This document shows positions 33,711 through 41,944 of a stretch of 48,643 nt of DNA, in pieces; position 1 is the stretch's first letter; the number at the start of each line of letters is the position of its first letter. Under the pieces are notes generated by a model that ran no database searches, was not told where the DNA came from, and saw nothing but the letters and a program-made list of their open reading frames with translations. A program made the translations under genes and the position numbers. Source of the stretch: Candidatus Micrarchaeota archaeon (lineage in GTDB: Archaea; Micrarchaeota; Micrarchaeia; Anstonellales; Bilamarchaeaceae); contig JACCLI010000011.1 in NCBI GenBank assembly GCA_013425455.1, positions 1-48,643 of the forward strand, given 5' to 3'.

Positions 33711-34460
33711 TCATATTCTCAGCACGCCCCTCAGCAGAACGCTGGTTGAATCCGGCCCATCGAATGAGAAGTTGTGCCTTACCTGTGCGCCAAGCCCGAG
33801 CCAGGAAGTAAACATATAGTCCAAGGCCGCTTCCCCGGATACCGATTTTCTGTTAAGGACCCAGTCCCAGTATGTTTCAACTCTCAAATCGTCAGTTATG
33901 TTCATCCAGAAGTAAAGGGCAAGCTTAGTGTTGAGGAAATCCGTTGCTTCGCCGTGGTTTTGGGTGCCCACCGAGAAGGAAAGGACTCTCAATACTAGAT
34001 TGATGTCCTGGCTTATGAACGGGATGAAAACCAGCCCTGCGCGGAGCGAATCTTCCCCCGGTTCGATCTCATATTGTACAAGGGGGCCGAGCCAGCCAAA
34101 GAGCCTGTGCAGCCGGAACTCGGTATGGCCGAATTTCAATTCCGGAGAATCGGCCTCGGCTGCCAGCGCATTCACTATCCCGGTGGCGGCAATTCCGTAG
34201 GGCAGCCTCCCGCCCCCGCTCACCCTGAGGTTCATGCCGTGTGAGCCGTTCTGGATGCCGTATGAATATGCCGGATAAATAGTGAGCGACGCATCTTCAG
34301 CGTTCGCTGTTTTCGGTGCGAATGTGTATAGCGCAAGCGCGGCCGCGACGCCATAAATCCCAAACTTGGCCTTCCTGAAAAAGTTCCTTGTGCGGCTTCC
34401 CTTCCGCGCGTGATGGACATGCGGTTCCTTGTTCAAGTGCATTTCTTTTGTGGTATTCAT
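33711..34460 (-). CDS. Secreted protein with beta-barrel-like alternating-strand pattern
   Basis: Signal peptide FGIYGVAAALALYTFAPKTANA/ED. It is followed by about 10 short amphipathic strands (LTIYPAYSYG, MNLRVSGGG, LRAGLVFIPFI, INLVLRVLSFSVG, KLALYFWMNI, LRVETYWDWVL, AALDYMFTS, LGLGAQVRHNF, SVLLRGVLRI). Confidence 0.5.
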   Translation of the reverse strand: MNTTKEMHLNKEPHVHHARKGSRTRNFFRKAKFGIYGVAAALALYTFAPKTANAEDASLTIYPAYSYGIQNGSHGMNLRVSGGGRLPYGIAATGIVNALAAEADSPELKFGHTEFRLHRLFGWLGPLVQYEIEPGEDSLRAGLVFIPFISQDINLVLRVLSFSVGTQNHGEATDFLNTKLALYFWMNITDDLRVETYWDWVLNRKSVSGEAALDYMFTSWLGLGAQVRHNFSFDGPDSTSVLLRGVLRI

Positions 34461-34517
34461 GTAGTAGTTAGTTCAAGTATGTGGTATTTATTAACTTGTG
34501 GCATCCCTACAATACCA

Positions 34518-34527
34518 CTATAAATAT
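34518..34527 (+). promoter_or_regulatory. TATA-like box CTATAAATAT
   Basis: Lies 19-28 nt upstream of ATG 34546 (leaderless-type spacing). Confidence 0.45.
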
Positions 34528-34545
34528 TTGGCGCGTGAACTACAT

Positions 34546-35304
34546 ATGAAAATAGGGGAGTTGTTCAGGGACGTTGGCTTCTCGGAAGGTGAGGGAAGGG
34601 TTTATGCGGCAATCCTTGCGCACAAGTCGCCCACGCTGCAATCCATCCATGAGGATACCGGGATAGAGAGGAGGAACGTATATGATATTGTGAATAAGCT
34701 CATTTCTAAGGGGCTGGCCACGTATTACGTGGAAAACAAGAAGAAGATATATCACGTGACAAACCCGAACAAGATTCTGGGCTACCTCAACGAGCAGGAA
34801 GAGGAGATTGAAAATTCAAAGAAGCTGGTTGGCGCGCAGCTTGGCGACCTCACCAGGATGTATGAGGGCAGCAAGGAAGAGATACACGCCGAATTGTACC
34901 GGGGAAACGAGGGCGTGAAAACCCTGATGGAGGAGATGCTGGATTACAAGGACCATTATTTCATAGGCGGAAATTTAGGGGTGGTGAAATTCATAGGGGA
35001 GCTGTTCTGGACCAAGTGGAACAAGAAGAGGGAAGAAAAAAAGATTAGGTGGCATGACATAATAACCTGGCATAGCTTCGTAAGGGCCAATGACAGCAAG
35101 AGGCTTATGAAGATGAAATACTGCGAATACAAATTCCTGCCGAAGGAGTTCTGGTCGCCGCACGTCATCTTCATATATGGGGACAAGGTCGCGAATGTGC
35201 TGTGGAGGGAGCAGAGCTTCGCATTCCAGATCCAGAATGAGAGCATCGCGAAGAGCTACCTGGATTACTTCAATTACTTGTGGAAAACGCTCCCTAAGCC
35301 ATGA
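34546..35304 (+). CDS. TrmB-family transcriptional regulator
   Basis: N-terminal wHTH FSEGEGRVYAAILAHKSPTLQSIHEDTGIERRNVYDIVNKLISKGL plus a C-terminal TrmB-like domain. Confidence 0.75.
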   Translation: MKIGELFRDVGFSEGEGRVYAAILAHKSPTLQSIHEDTGIERRNVYDIVNKLISKGLATYYVENKKKIYHVTNPNKILGYLNEQEEEIENSKKLVGAQLGDLTRMYEGSKEEIHAELYRGNEGVKTLMEEMLDYKDHYFIGGNLGVVKFIGELFWTKWNKKREEKKIRWHDIITWHSFVRANDSKRLMKMKYCEYKFLPKEFWSPHVIFIYGDKVANVLWREQSFAFQIQNESIAKSYLDYFNYLWKTLPKP

Positions 35305-35353
35305 GCGCGGAAATGCGGCAACGAATTAAAAAACAACGGCGCCTTATGGAAGC

Positions 35354-35692
35354 ATGGACTGGAGCTTAACTGCCCGGATTCTGCTCGTGGCGCTTATGCT
35401 TTATGTGTTCTATGTGGTGGGGGTACCTTTGCCCGCCCTTTTGGTTTTGGGGATACTCCTTATTGCATTTGTTCTGCTGCGGGGGCATGCATATAGGCAG
35501 ATAGACCTCTTTCTCACAAACAGGTTCCCGTCCATGGCCGGATGGGCGCCCTGGCAGAAGATGCTGCTCGTCGCGATAGTGTTCCTGCTTGCATATGTGT
35601 TGCTGAAGCAGGCGGTTTTCTGGCTTTTGAAAAGTGCGGGGATGGACGTCCAGCAGATGATGCTGGACAGCATCCAGTCAATGAAGAAATGA
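35354..35692 (+). CDS. Small membrane protein (3 helices)
   Basis: Hydrophobic helices ILLVALMLYVFYVVGV, LLVLGILLIAFVLL and LLVAIVFLLAYVLL. Confidence 0.5.
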   Translation: MDWSLTARILLVALMLYVFYVVGVPLPALLVLGILLIAFVLLRGHAYRQIDLFLTNRFPSMAGWAPWQKMLLVAIVFLLAYVLLKQAVFWLLKSAGMDVQQMMLDSIQSMKK

Positions 35693-35697
35693 AGCGG

Positions 35698-36198
35698 CTA
35701 ATCCTTAAGGAAAAGCTTCCTATACTTGTCGGAAATCTTCACCATATTTGTCTTCCCGTATTTCTCGCTCGCCACTATTCCCCTTTTCTCAAGTTTTGCG
35801 AGAATGCGGTGGGCCTTCACCTTCCCTATCCCTTCTATCCTTGAAACCTCGGACTGAGTTATGCGCCCTCCTTCTGAAACGAGCTTGCTCAGGATTTTGG
35901 ACTCGTCCTTCTCCATTAAAGAAACCGAGAGCGCGGCGTCCGCTTCTTTTTTTACGGGTGCGGTGCGCTCATAGAAAAGATAATAGGCGATTGCGCCGAG
36001 AATTGCGCCCCCTCCTATAAACACGGGGATTAGTGTAATAAGTTGCCTTATCTGCTCCTCATGCTGGCACATCCCGTCTATTGTGCAAACAGAGGAGATG
36101 TTCTGCTCCGCAATCGCAGGCACGGATACTATTAGGATTATGATGAGCAAAACTCCGGAGATCCCTCCCAGGTATGCGAAATTTTTTGACATTGCCAT
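35698..36198 (-). CDS. Membrane-tethered winged-helix regulator (COG2512-like)
   Basis: Two TM helices flank a short Cys-containing loop (SSVCTIDGMCQHEEQ). C-terminal wHTH ILSKLVSEGGRITQSEVSRIEGIGKVKAHRILAKLEKRGIV. Divergent from the copper operon. Start at MAMSKNF. Confidence 0.65.
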   Translation of the reverse strand: MAMSKNFAYLGGISGVLLIIILIVSVPAIAEQNISSVCTIDGMCQHEEQIRQLITLIPVFIGGGAILGAIAYYLFYERTAPVKKEADAALSVSLMEKDESKILSKLVSEGGRITQSEVSRIEGIGKVKAHRILAKLEKRGIVASEKYGKTNMVKISDKYRKLFLKD

Positions 36199-36263
36199 GG
36201 TGGTATTTTGGTGCAAATAATATTTATGGCTTTTGGAGGCTAAAAACCGGAAAAACACCCCAC

Positions 36264-36394
36264 GGTTTCTGAAACCTTGAGCCCAACTATCCACCTTTGC
36301 CTAGGGGACAAATTCTGGGAAAAACTGCCCGCATTGGGCTCAAGGTTTCACTTTCCCCCGGGTTGGTTTCAGCAATTGAAATGTATGGTTTCAG
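36264..36394. promoter_or_regulatory. Copper-locus control region: 16-bp perfect inverted repeat plus phased GGTTTCA boxes
   Basis: TGAAACCTTGAGCCCA (36270-36285) pairs with TGGGCTCAAGGTTTCA (36335-36350), 49 nt apart. GGTTTCTGAAACC palindrome at 36264-36276. GGTTTCA at 36344, 36365 and 36387, spaced 21-22 nt. Confidence 0.5.
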
Positions 36395-36459
36395 CGTATG
36401 TAACTACTGCCTAGAGGGTGCGGGAACGGCAACCGCACGGGCAAAAGAGAGGTGGTCAA

Positions 36460-37707
36460 ATGAAAACGGAAAAAATAAAGGTCCGCGGGATGCGCTGCAA
36501 GTCCTGCGAGGAAAGAATTGAGAAAGCCGTGAAGGCGGTGGAGGGAGTGGTTAGCGTGAAGGTGTCCCAGCAGAAAGGGGAGGTGGAGGTGATAACGGAC
36601 GATGCGGACAGGAAGGACTTGGAAGAGGCGATAAGGAAGGAAGGGTACTCCGTGGGCGGAGGATGGTTCTGGGTAGCGATTGGGGTGGCGGCACTCTTTG
36701 CCGCCGCCCTTCTCCTGGAAAATCTTGGGCTGGGCATACGGTTTCCGGAGGTTGGGGGGGAAGTGGGATATGCTGCATTGTTTGTTTTGGGGCTGGCCAC
36801 GGGATTCCACTGCATAGCGATGTGCGGAGGATTCGTGCTTGGTTATTCCTCTAGATCTGGAGCGGCCATAACACCTCACATATTGTACGGGGCGGGCAAG
36901 CTGCTTTCATACACATTCATAGGCGCGGTTTTCGGGCTGATTGGCTCGGCGATTGCCTTCACCCCGGAGATGAGGGCCGGGGCAGCGCTGCTTGCGGGGA
37001 TATTTCTTCTATTGTACGGGCTGGGGATGCTCGGGATAAGCGGATTGGCGGGAATACGGTTCGGGATGCCTGGATTTGTTAACGGGATTATGCAAAAGTT
37101 CGGGGGGCGCGGACCACTCGTAACCGGATTATTGAACGGGCTGATGATTGCATGCGGGCCCCTGCAGGCGATGTACATATTCGCGGCTGGGACCGGTAGC
37201 ATTGTTGCTGGGGCAACTGCGCTATTCTTTTTTGGATTGGGCACTTTGCCGGTGATGCTCGGGTTTGGTGTGCTGGCTGCGAGGGCTGGCGGAAACGTTC
37301 CTGCTAAATTCGCCTCCATCTCCGGGTGGTTGGTTATTTTCCTAGGGATACTTCTGCTGAACCAGGGGCTTACGCTCGTGGGAAAGGGAGTGGTGGTTGG
37401 AACCGGCGGGGAGGGGAATGCAACTTTGCAGAATGGAACTGCATTCCAGGAGATTCGTATGAATGTAACCTACTACGGGTTTGAGCCGAATACATTCACA
37501 CTAAAGAAAGGGGTGCCGGTGAGGTGGGTGATTACTGGTGTGAGCCTTACTTCCTGCAACAATCGGATAATAGTGCCCGCGTATGGGCTGGAGTTTGATG
37601 TGCAGCCCGGAGAGCAAGTGATTGAATTTACTCCGACGGAGGTTGGAGAGATAAAGTGGTCGTGCTGGATGGGAATGATCCCCGGAAAATTCGTGGTGGT
37701 GGAATGA
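36460..37707 (+). CDS. HMA domain - DsbD_2/UreH-like permease - cupredoxin fusion protein
   Basis: N-terminal GMRCKSCEERIE (GMxCxxC). TM domain with GFHCIAMCGGFVLGY. C-terminal cupredoxin-like FEPNTFTLKKGVPVRWVI..SCNNRI..WSCWMGMIPGKFVVVE. Start ATG 36460 preceded by GAGAGGTGG. Confidence 0.8.
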   Translation: MKTEKIKVRGMRCKSCEERIEKAVKAVEGVVSVKVSQQKGEVEVITDDADRKDLEEAIRKEGYSVGGGWFWVAIGVAALFAAALLLENLGLGIRFPEVGGEVGYAALFVLGLATGFHCIAMCGGFVLGYSSRSGAAITPHILYGAGKLLSYTFIGAVFGLIGSAIAFTPEMRAGAALLAGIFLLLYGLGMLGISGLAGIRFGMPGFVNGIMQKFGGRGPLVTGLLNGLMIACGPLQAMYIFAAGTGSIVAGATALFFFGLGTLPVMLGFGVLAARAGGNVPAKFASISGWLVIFLGILLLNQGLTLVGKGVVVGTGGEGNATLQNGTAFQEIRMNVTYYGFEPNTFTLKKGVPVRWVITGVSLTSCNNRIIVPAYGLEFDVQPGEQVIEFTPTEVGEIKWSCWMGMIPGKFVVVE

Positions 37708-37800
37708 TTGGAAAGGATATAGGTGCGTCAGGAGTACGTGCAAAGGGTTGCAAAGTGAAGTGGGGGAGGGTCAGAATGACCGGTAAAAATGGGGCAATAG

Positions 37801-37911
37801 TTTCGCAGTGGCGAAACTGTGCGCATTTTTCCCGCTGGAAAAATAGCGAGGGTGCTCCCTCCGCGTTTTTCCGAGGGAATGATACCCGGGAAGTTTGTGG
37901 TTGTAGAATGA
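37801..37911 (+). pseudogene. Remnant of a cupredoxin-domain gene (3' end duplicate)
   Basis: Frame reads FRSGETVRIFPAGKIARVLPPRFSEGMIPGKFVVVE*. The last 12 codons (37876-37911) match the last 12 codons of the 36460..37707 gene, with 6 differences that are all synonymous third-position changes. There is an in-frame stop at 37798 and no ATG before 37879. Confidence 0.45.
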
Positions 37912-37915
37912 TGAG

Positions 37916-38509
37916 GTGAAAAAAATGGAAGGAAAGGCTTGGTTGTTGGCGGGCCTGTTTGTGGTCATGGTTTTTGCCGCGATCGTTTATGCGGCCACCA
38001 TGAAGCCGCAGCAGGCGGAGGATGATTTGGGAGGGGGCTCCTGCGGGAACGCCGGGGCGGATGGGTGCTTCGCGGACGGGGGCGGGGGTGCGGTGGCTGC
38101 GCCTGCGACATATGCGCCTTCCGCGACGGTAAACAGGAGCAGGGAGCTCGAGCTCCAGGCGGCTGGGGAGGTGCGAACGTTTGAGCTGGGTTTTGACTGG
38201 GGCTCCGGAAACTACGAGCCTGAAGAGATACGGGTGCGGGCAGGGGACAGGGTGAGGATTGAGGCGGACGCGGGCACGTTCACAGGATGCATGTCAACGC
38301 TAGTGATTAACGGGATGGGCATAAGCAAGAGTATTACAACGACGGACAATGTGCTGGAATTCACCGCGGGCACGCCGGGGCGGTACAGGCTCACCTGCGG
38401 GATGGGAATGGGCAACGGATTGCTCGTGGTGGAGGACGAAAACGGGCTTGTGCCCGAGGCGGCTCCTGCTGCGCCCGCGCGCACCGGAGGGTGTGGGTGC
38501 GGAGGATAG
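37916..38509 (+). CDS. Secreted/membrane-anchored cupredoxin-domain protein
   Basis: Signal/anchor [18 protein letters not shown]. Cupredoxin-like [43 protein letters not shown]-terminal GGCGCGG. GTG 37916 or ATG 37925. Confidence 0.65.
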   Translation: MKKMEGKAWLLAGLFVVMVFAAIVYAATMKPQQAEDDLGGGSCGNAGADGCFADGGGGAVAAPATYAPSATVNRSRELELQAAGEVRTFELGFDWGSGNYEPEEIRVRAGDRVRIEADAGTFTGCMSTLVINGMGISKSITTTDNVLEFTAGTPGRYRLTCGMGMGNGLLVVEDENGLVPEAAPAAPARTGGCGCGG

Positions 38510-38553
38510 GAAAGGTGCAAAAAAATAATAAGGAGAACGGAGAGGTGAAGGCC

Positions 38554-40770
38554 ATGCCTGAGAAGACCGAGACAATAATAATCCCCGTGGGCGGGATGGA
38601 CTGCGCGTCCTGCGCGATGAGCATAGAGACCATGCTGAAGAGCACAAAAGGAGTGAGGGATGCGCGGGTTAATTTCGCCTCCCAGAAGGCGACCGTGGAG
38701 TACGTGCCTTCAGAGATAGGGATGCCTGCGATTGAGGCAATCATAACCAAGCTGGGGTTTGAGGTGCTGAGGGAGAAGCCCGGAAAAGACGCGGAAAAAG
38801 AGGCGCGGGAGCGGGAGATAAACGGCTATAGGACGAGGCTTATGGTTGCGGTAGTTGCTGCCGTTCCTGCGGCGATTCTTGCGATGGGGGAGATGACGGG
38901 GATTCCTTTTCCTGAGTGGATAATGGAGAATTCCATGTGGATCCAGTTCCTCCTTGCGACTTTGGCGATAATGGCCGGCTCGCAGTTCTTCACGCGCGGG
39001 ACGAAAGCTCTTATTAACCGGATGCCGACGATGGATTCGCTTGTGGCGATTGGGGTGGGTGCGGCTTATCTGTACAGCGTTGCGGTCACATTTTTGGGAT
39101 TGGAGGGATTTGTCTACTATGAGATTGCGGCAATACTCATCTCGTTCCTACTTCTTGGACGATTGATGGAGGCGACTGCGAGGGGAAAGACCTCCGAGGC
39201 GATAAAAAGATTGATGGGGCTGCAGCCTAAGACCGCGAGGGTGATGCGGGGAAAGGAGGAAGTGGAAATTCCCATCGCGAACGTGAAAGTTGGGGATGTG
39301 CTGGTTATCCGTCCAGGAGAAAAGATTCCGGTGGACGGGAGTGTGCTGGACGGGGAGTCCTATGTGGACGAGGCCATGATTACCGGCGAACCGATACCTG
39401 TGGCGAAGAGGAAGGGGGCAGTAGTGATTGGGGCGACCATCAACGGGACCGGAAGTTTCAGGATGCGCGCGGAAAAAGTTGGGAAGGATACTATGCTCGC
39501 GCAAATCATCAAGCTGGTGGAGGAGGCGCAGGGCTCCAAGGCGCCAATTCAACGGCTTGTGGATAAGGTTTCTGCTTATTTTGTGCCCACGGTGATGGGG
39601 CTGGCGATAATCGCGGGATTATACTGGTATTTTATTGCGGGAATGGGGTTCGTGTTTGCCCTAACCGCATTTGTTACGACGCTCATAATCGCGTGCCCTT
39701 GCGCGCTCGGGCTGGCGACGCCCACGGCGGTCATGATGGGGACTGGAAAGGGCGCGGAGTACGGCGTGCTGTTCAAGACCGCGAAGGCGCTGGAGGAGGC
39801 GCACAAGGTGCGGATGGTGGTTTTTGACAAGACTGGAACGCTAACGAAGGGGGAGCCGGAGGTTACTGACATTGTCCCGATAGGTATGGATGCGGACGAC
39901 CTTCTCGCCTTTGCGGCCTCGGCTGAGAGGAATTCCGAGCATCCGCTGGGCGAGGCGATTGTGCGAGAGGCGAGGGAGAGCAAGGCCAGGATTGCGGAGC
40001 CGCGCTCCTTCAAGTCGATAACCGGGCGGGGGGTGGAGGCAGGCGTAGGCGGGAAGAAGGTTCTTGTGGGAAATAGAAAGCTCATGGAAGAGAGGAAGGT
40101 CAAGGTTGCTGGGGCGGAGGAGGCGATGACGCAGCTTGAGGAGAAGGGAAGGACCGCGGTTATGGTCGCGGTTGGCGGTAAGATTGCGGGAGTGATCGGG
40201 ATTGCGGATTCCCTAAAGGAGAATTCAGTGGACGCGGTAAGGATGCTCAAGAAGCAAGGGCTCAGGGTGGCGATGATTACTGGCGATAACAGGAGGACGG
40301 CGCAGGCGATTGCAAAGGAGGCGGGAATAGATATGGTGCTTGCGGAAGTGCTTCCCGAGGAGAAGGAGAAGGAAGTGAGGAGGCTGCAGGCAGAAGGGAT
40401 GAAGATTGCATTTGTTGGGGACGGGATAAATGACGCGCCTGCGCTTGCGGCTTCGGACATAGGAATTGCAATCGGGAGCGGGACGGATGTGGCGATAGAG
40501 AGCGGGGACATCGTGCTGGTGAAGGATGATTTGAGGGACGTGGCGAAGGCATTGGACATAAGCAAATACACGATGAAGAAGATAAGGCAGAACCTCTTCT
40601 GGGCGTTCTTCTACAACGTGATCGGGATTCCGGTTGCGATGGGCGTTCTCTATCCATTTACCGGGTTTTTGCTGAACCCGCTTGTTGCCGGGGGGGCGAT
40701 GGCCTTCAGCTCGGTGAGCGTGGTTTCTAATTCCCTTCTCATGAAGGGGTATAAGCCGATCGGGGGGTAA
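38554..40770 (+). CDS. copA: Copper-translocating P1B-type ATPase
   Basis: [17 protein letters not shown], the CPC motif [20 protein letters not shown] and GDGINDAP. Confidence 0.95.
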   Translation: MPEKTETIIIPVGGMDCASCAMSIETMLKSTKGVRDARVNFASQKATVEYVPSEIGMPAIEAIITKLGFEVLREKPGKDAEKEAREREINGYRTRLMVAVVAAVPAAILAMGEMTGIPFPEWIMENSMWIQFLLATLAIMAGSQFFTRGTKALINRMPTMDSLVAIGVGAAYLYSVAVTFLGLEGFVYYEIAAILISFLLLGRLMEATARGKTSEAIKRLMGLQPKTARVMRGKEEVEIPIANVKVGDVLVIRPGEKIPVDGSVLDGESYVDEAMITGEPIPVAKRKGAVVIGATINGTGSFRMRAEKVGKDTMLAQIIKLVEEAQGSKAPIQRLVDKVSAYFVPTVMGLAIIAGLYWYFIAGMGFVFALTAFVTTLIIACPCALGLATPTAVMMGTGKGAEYGVLFKTAKALEEAHKVRMVVFDKTGTLTKGEPEVTDIVPIGMDADDLLAFAASAERNSEHPLGEAIVREARESKARIAEPRSFKSITGRGVEAGVGGKKVLVGNRKLMEERKVKVAGAEEAMTQLEEKGRTAVMVAVGGKIAGVIGIADSLKENSVDAVRMLKKQGLRVAMITGDNRRTAQAIAKEAGIDMVLAEVLPEEKEKEVRRLQAEGMKIAFVGDGINDAPALAASDIGIAIGSGTDVAIESGDIVLVKDDLRDVAKALDISKYTMKKIRQNLFWAFFYNVIGIPVAMGVLYPFTGFLLNPLVAGGAMAFSSVSVVSNSLLMKGYKPIGG

Positions 40771-40773
40771 GGG

Positions 40774-41364
40774 ATGGAAAAGAAGCTCGGGATTGTTTTG
40801 CTCTTGGCCATCATTGCCAATCTGATAGGGGCATACTTCGGCTTCTTTGTGTATTACCAGGGGCAGATTGCGGCGACGCCCATTTACCTGCTGGCATTCG
40901 TGGCGGACTGCCCGCTCGCGGTTTTGCTGGTGGCGGCTTCCTTGTTTTTGGTTTGGATTGGGAAAAAGAATGATTTCCTTTCCTTCCTCGCTTCGGCGTA
41001 TGCGCTGAAATACGGGATTTGGACCGTGTTCGTGATACTGTTCTTCAACCAGATTTACTTCGCGCCCGCATACTGGGAATTATACGCAATTATGCTCGTG
41101 ACGCATTTCGGGATGGTGCTGGAATCTTTCGCATTGGTTGGGAGAATAGACGTGAAAAAGGAGCATTTGCTGATTGTGCTCGGATGGTTCCTGCTGAACG
41201 ATTACATGGACTATTTCTGGGGGCTGAAGCCCTGGACAGTGCCGAATGACGGCTTGCTATTGCCTTTCACTGTTTTGTTGAGTGTGGCAAGCGTATTGGC
41301 GCTCTATTTTGCATACACGAAAAAGAAGCCGAAGATATTCACGGATTTGCTTTTCCTTTTTTAG
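40774..41364 (+). CDS. DUF1405-like polytopic membrane protein
   Basis: Five to six TM helices. The FVADCPLAVLL motif is reminiscent of DUF1405. Starts 4 nt after the copA stop. Confidence 0.5.
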   Translation: MEKKLGIVLLLAIIANLIGAYFGFFVYYQGQIAATPIYLLAFVADCPLAVLLVAASLFLVWIGKKNDFLSFLASAYALKYGIWTVFVILFFNQIYFAPAYWELYAIMLVTHFGMVLESFALVGRIDVKKEHLLIVLGWFLLNDYMDYFWGLKPWTVPNDGLLLPFTVLLSVASVLALYFAYTKKKPKIFTDLLFLF

Positions 41365-41935
41365 GGTGGTGGTGCTTGTGTATCACTATGTGCTGCAGGT
41401 TCTTTGAGACTATTTTGGCTATGTCCAGGACGGCGCGGGCGTAGCGGAGCATCTTCGTGCGGGAGGTGCGGGTGCGACCGTGAATGTGCCCGTAGACCGG
41501 CAGGCACAAGGAGAATGTGGGATACTTCTTGCCGTAGACTATTGCCTCGTCCGGCTCTCCATCCGTGAATGTGATTTTGTAGGGAAGGGGGCGCAAAAGC
41601 TCGCGCAGTTTCTTCTTGTCTATCCTGTGGATGTGCTCTATTGTCACGTCGGAGCGCGGGCTCATTCCCGTAATGTCCAGGGCGATATAGAGGGCCTTCC
41701 CCTCCCTTTTCATCAGGCTCTTCGCCCCGCCCATCGTGGTCTCCTCGTGCATTGTGAAATATGTTTTTACGTTGTCCGGGTGCTTGTGGAGATTTACAAA
41801 AACAGCGGCAACAGTGACGAGGTTGTCAAGGTTTCCGTAGTACCAGACGCGGCGCCTCCTCTTGTAGGCAGAAATGTAGGCCGCATCCCAGACAGTGTCG
41901 GAATGGCAGCTCATCACAACTTTGGTTGGGCTCAT
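41339..41935 (-). CDS. Small M20/M28/M42-like metallohydrolase-fold protein (tentative)
   Basis: The residue order SCHSDTV .. GNLDNL .. MHEETTMGGAKS .. ALDIT resembles the HxD / D / EE / D ligand order of co-catalytic zinc peptidases. At 198 aa it is short for the family. Confidence 0.4.
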   Translation of the reverse strand: MSPTKVVMSCHSDTVWDAAYISAYKRRRRVWYYGNLDNLVTVAAVFVNLHKHPDNVKTYFTMHEETTMGGAKSLMKREGKALYIALDITGMSPRSDVTIEHIHRIDKKKLRELLRPLPYKITFTDGEPDEAIVYGKKYPTFSLCLPVYGHIHGRTRTSRTKMLRYARAVLDIAKIVSKNLQHIVIHKHHHPKKGKANP

Positions 41936-41944
41936 AAGGATGCC

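Noticed and set aside
36270-36350. The 16-bp perfect inverted repeat with 49-nt spacer considered as a miniature inverted-repeat transposable element.
   Set aside because: - I see no flanking target-site duplication and no second copy in the window.
- The arms are built from the same GGTTTCA motif that recurs as direct repeats nearby.
- An operator interpretation therefore fits better.
37656-37919. 87-aa track ORF spanning the gap between the HMA-permease-cupredoxin gene and the next cupredoxin gene.
   Set aside because: - It is not called as a CDS.
- Its first 16 codons overlap the upstream gene, and its composition is Arg/Gly/Cys/Trp-rich.
- It overlaps a frame showing synonymous-only conservation.
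- The ATGA/GTGA coupling of its 37704 start is noted in the findings as unresolved.
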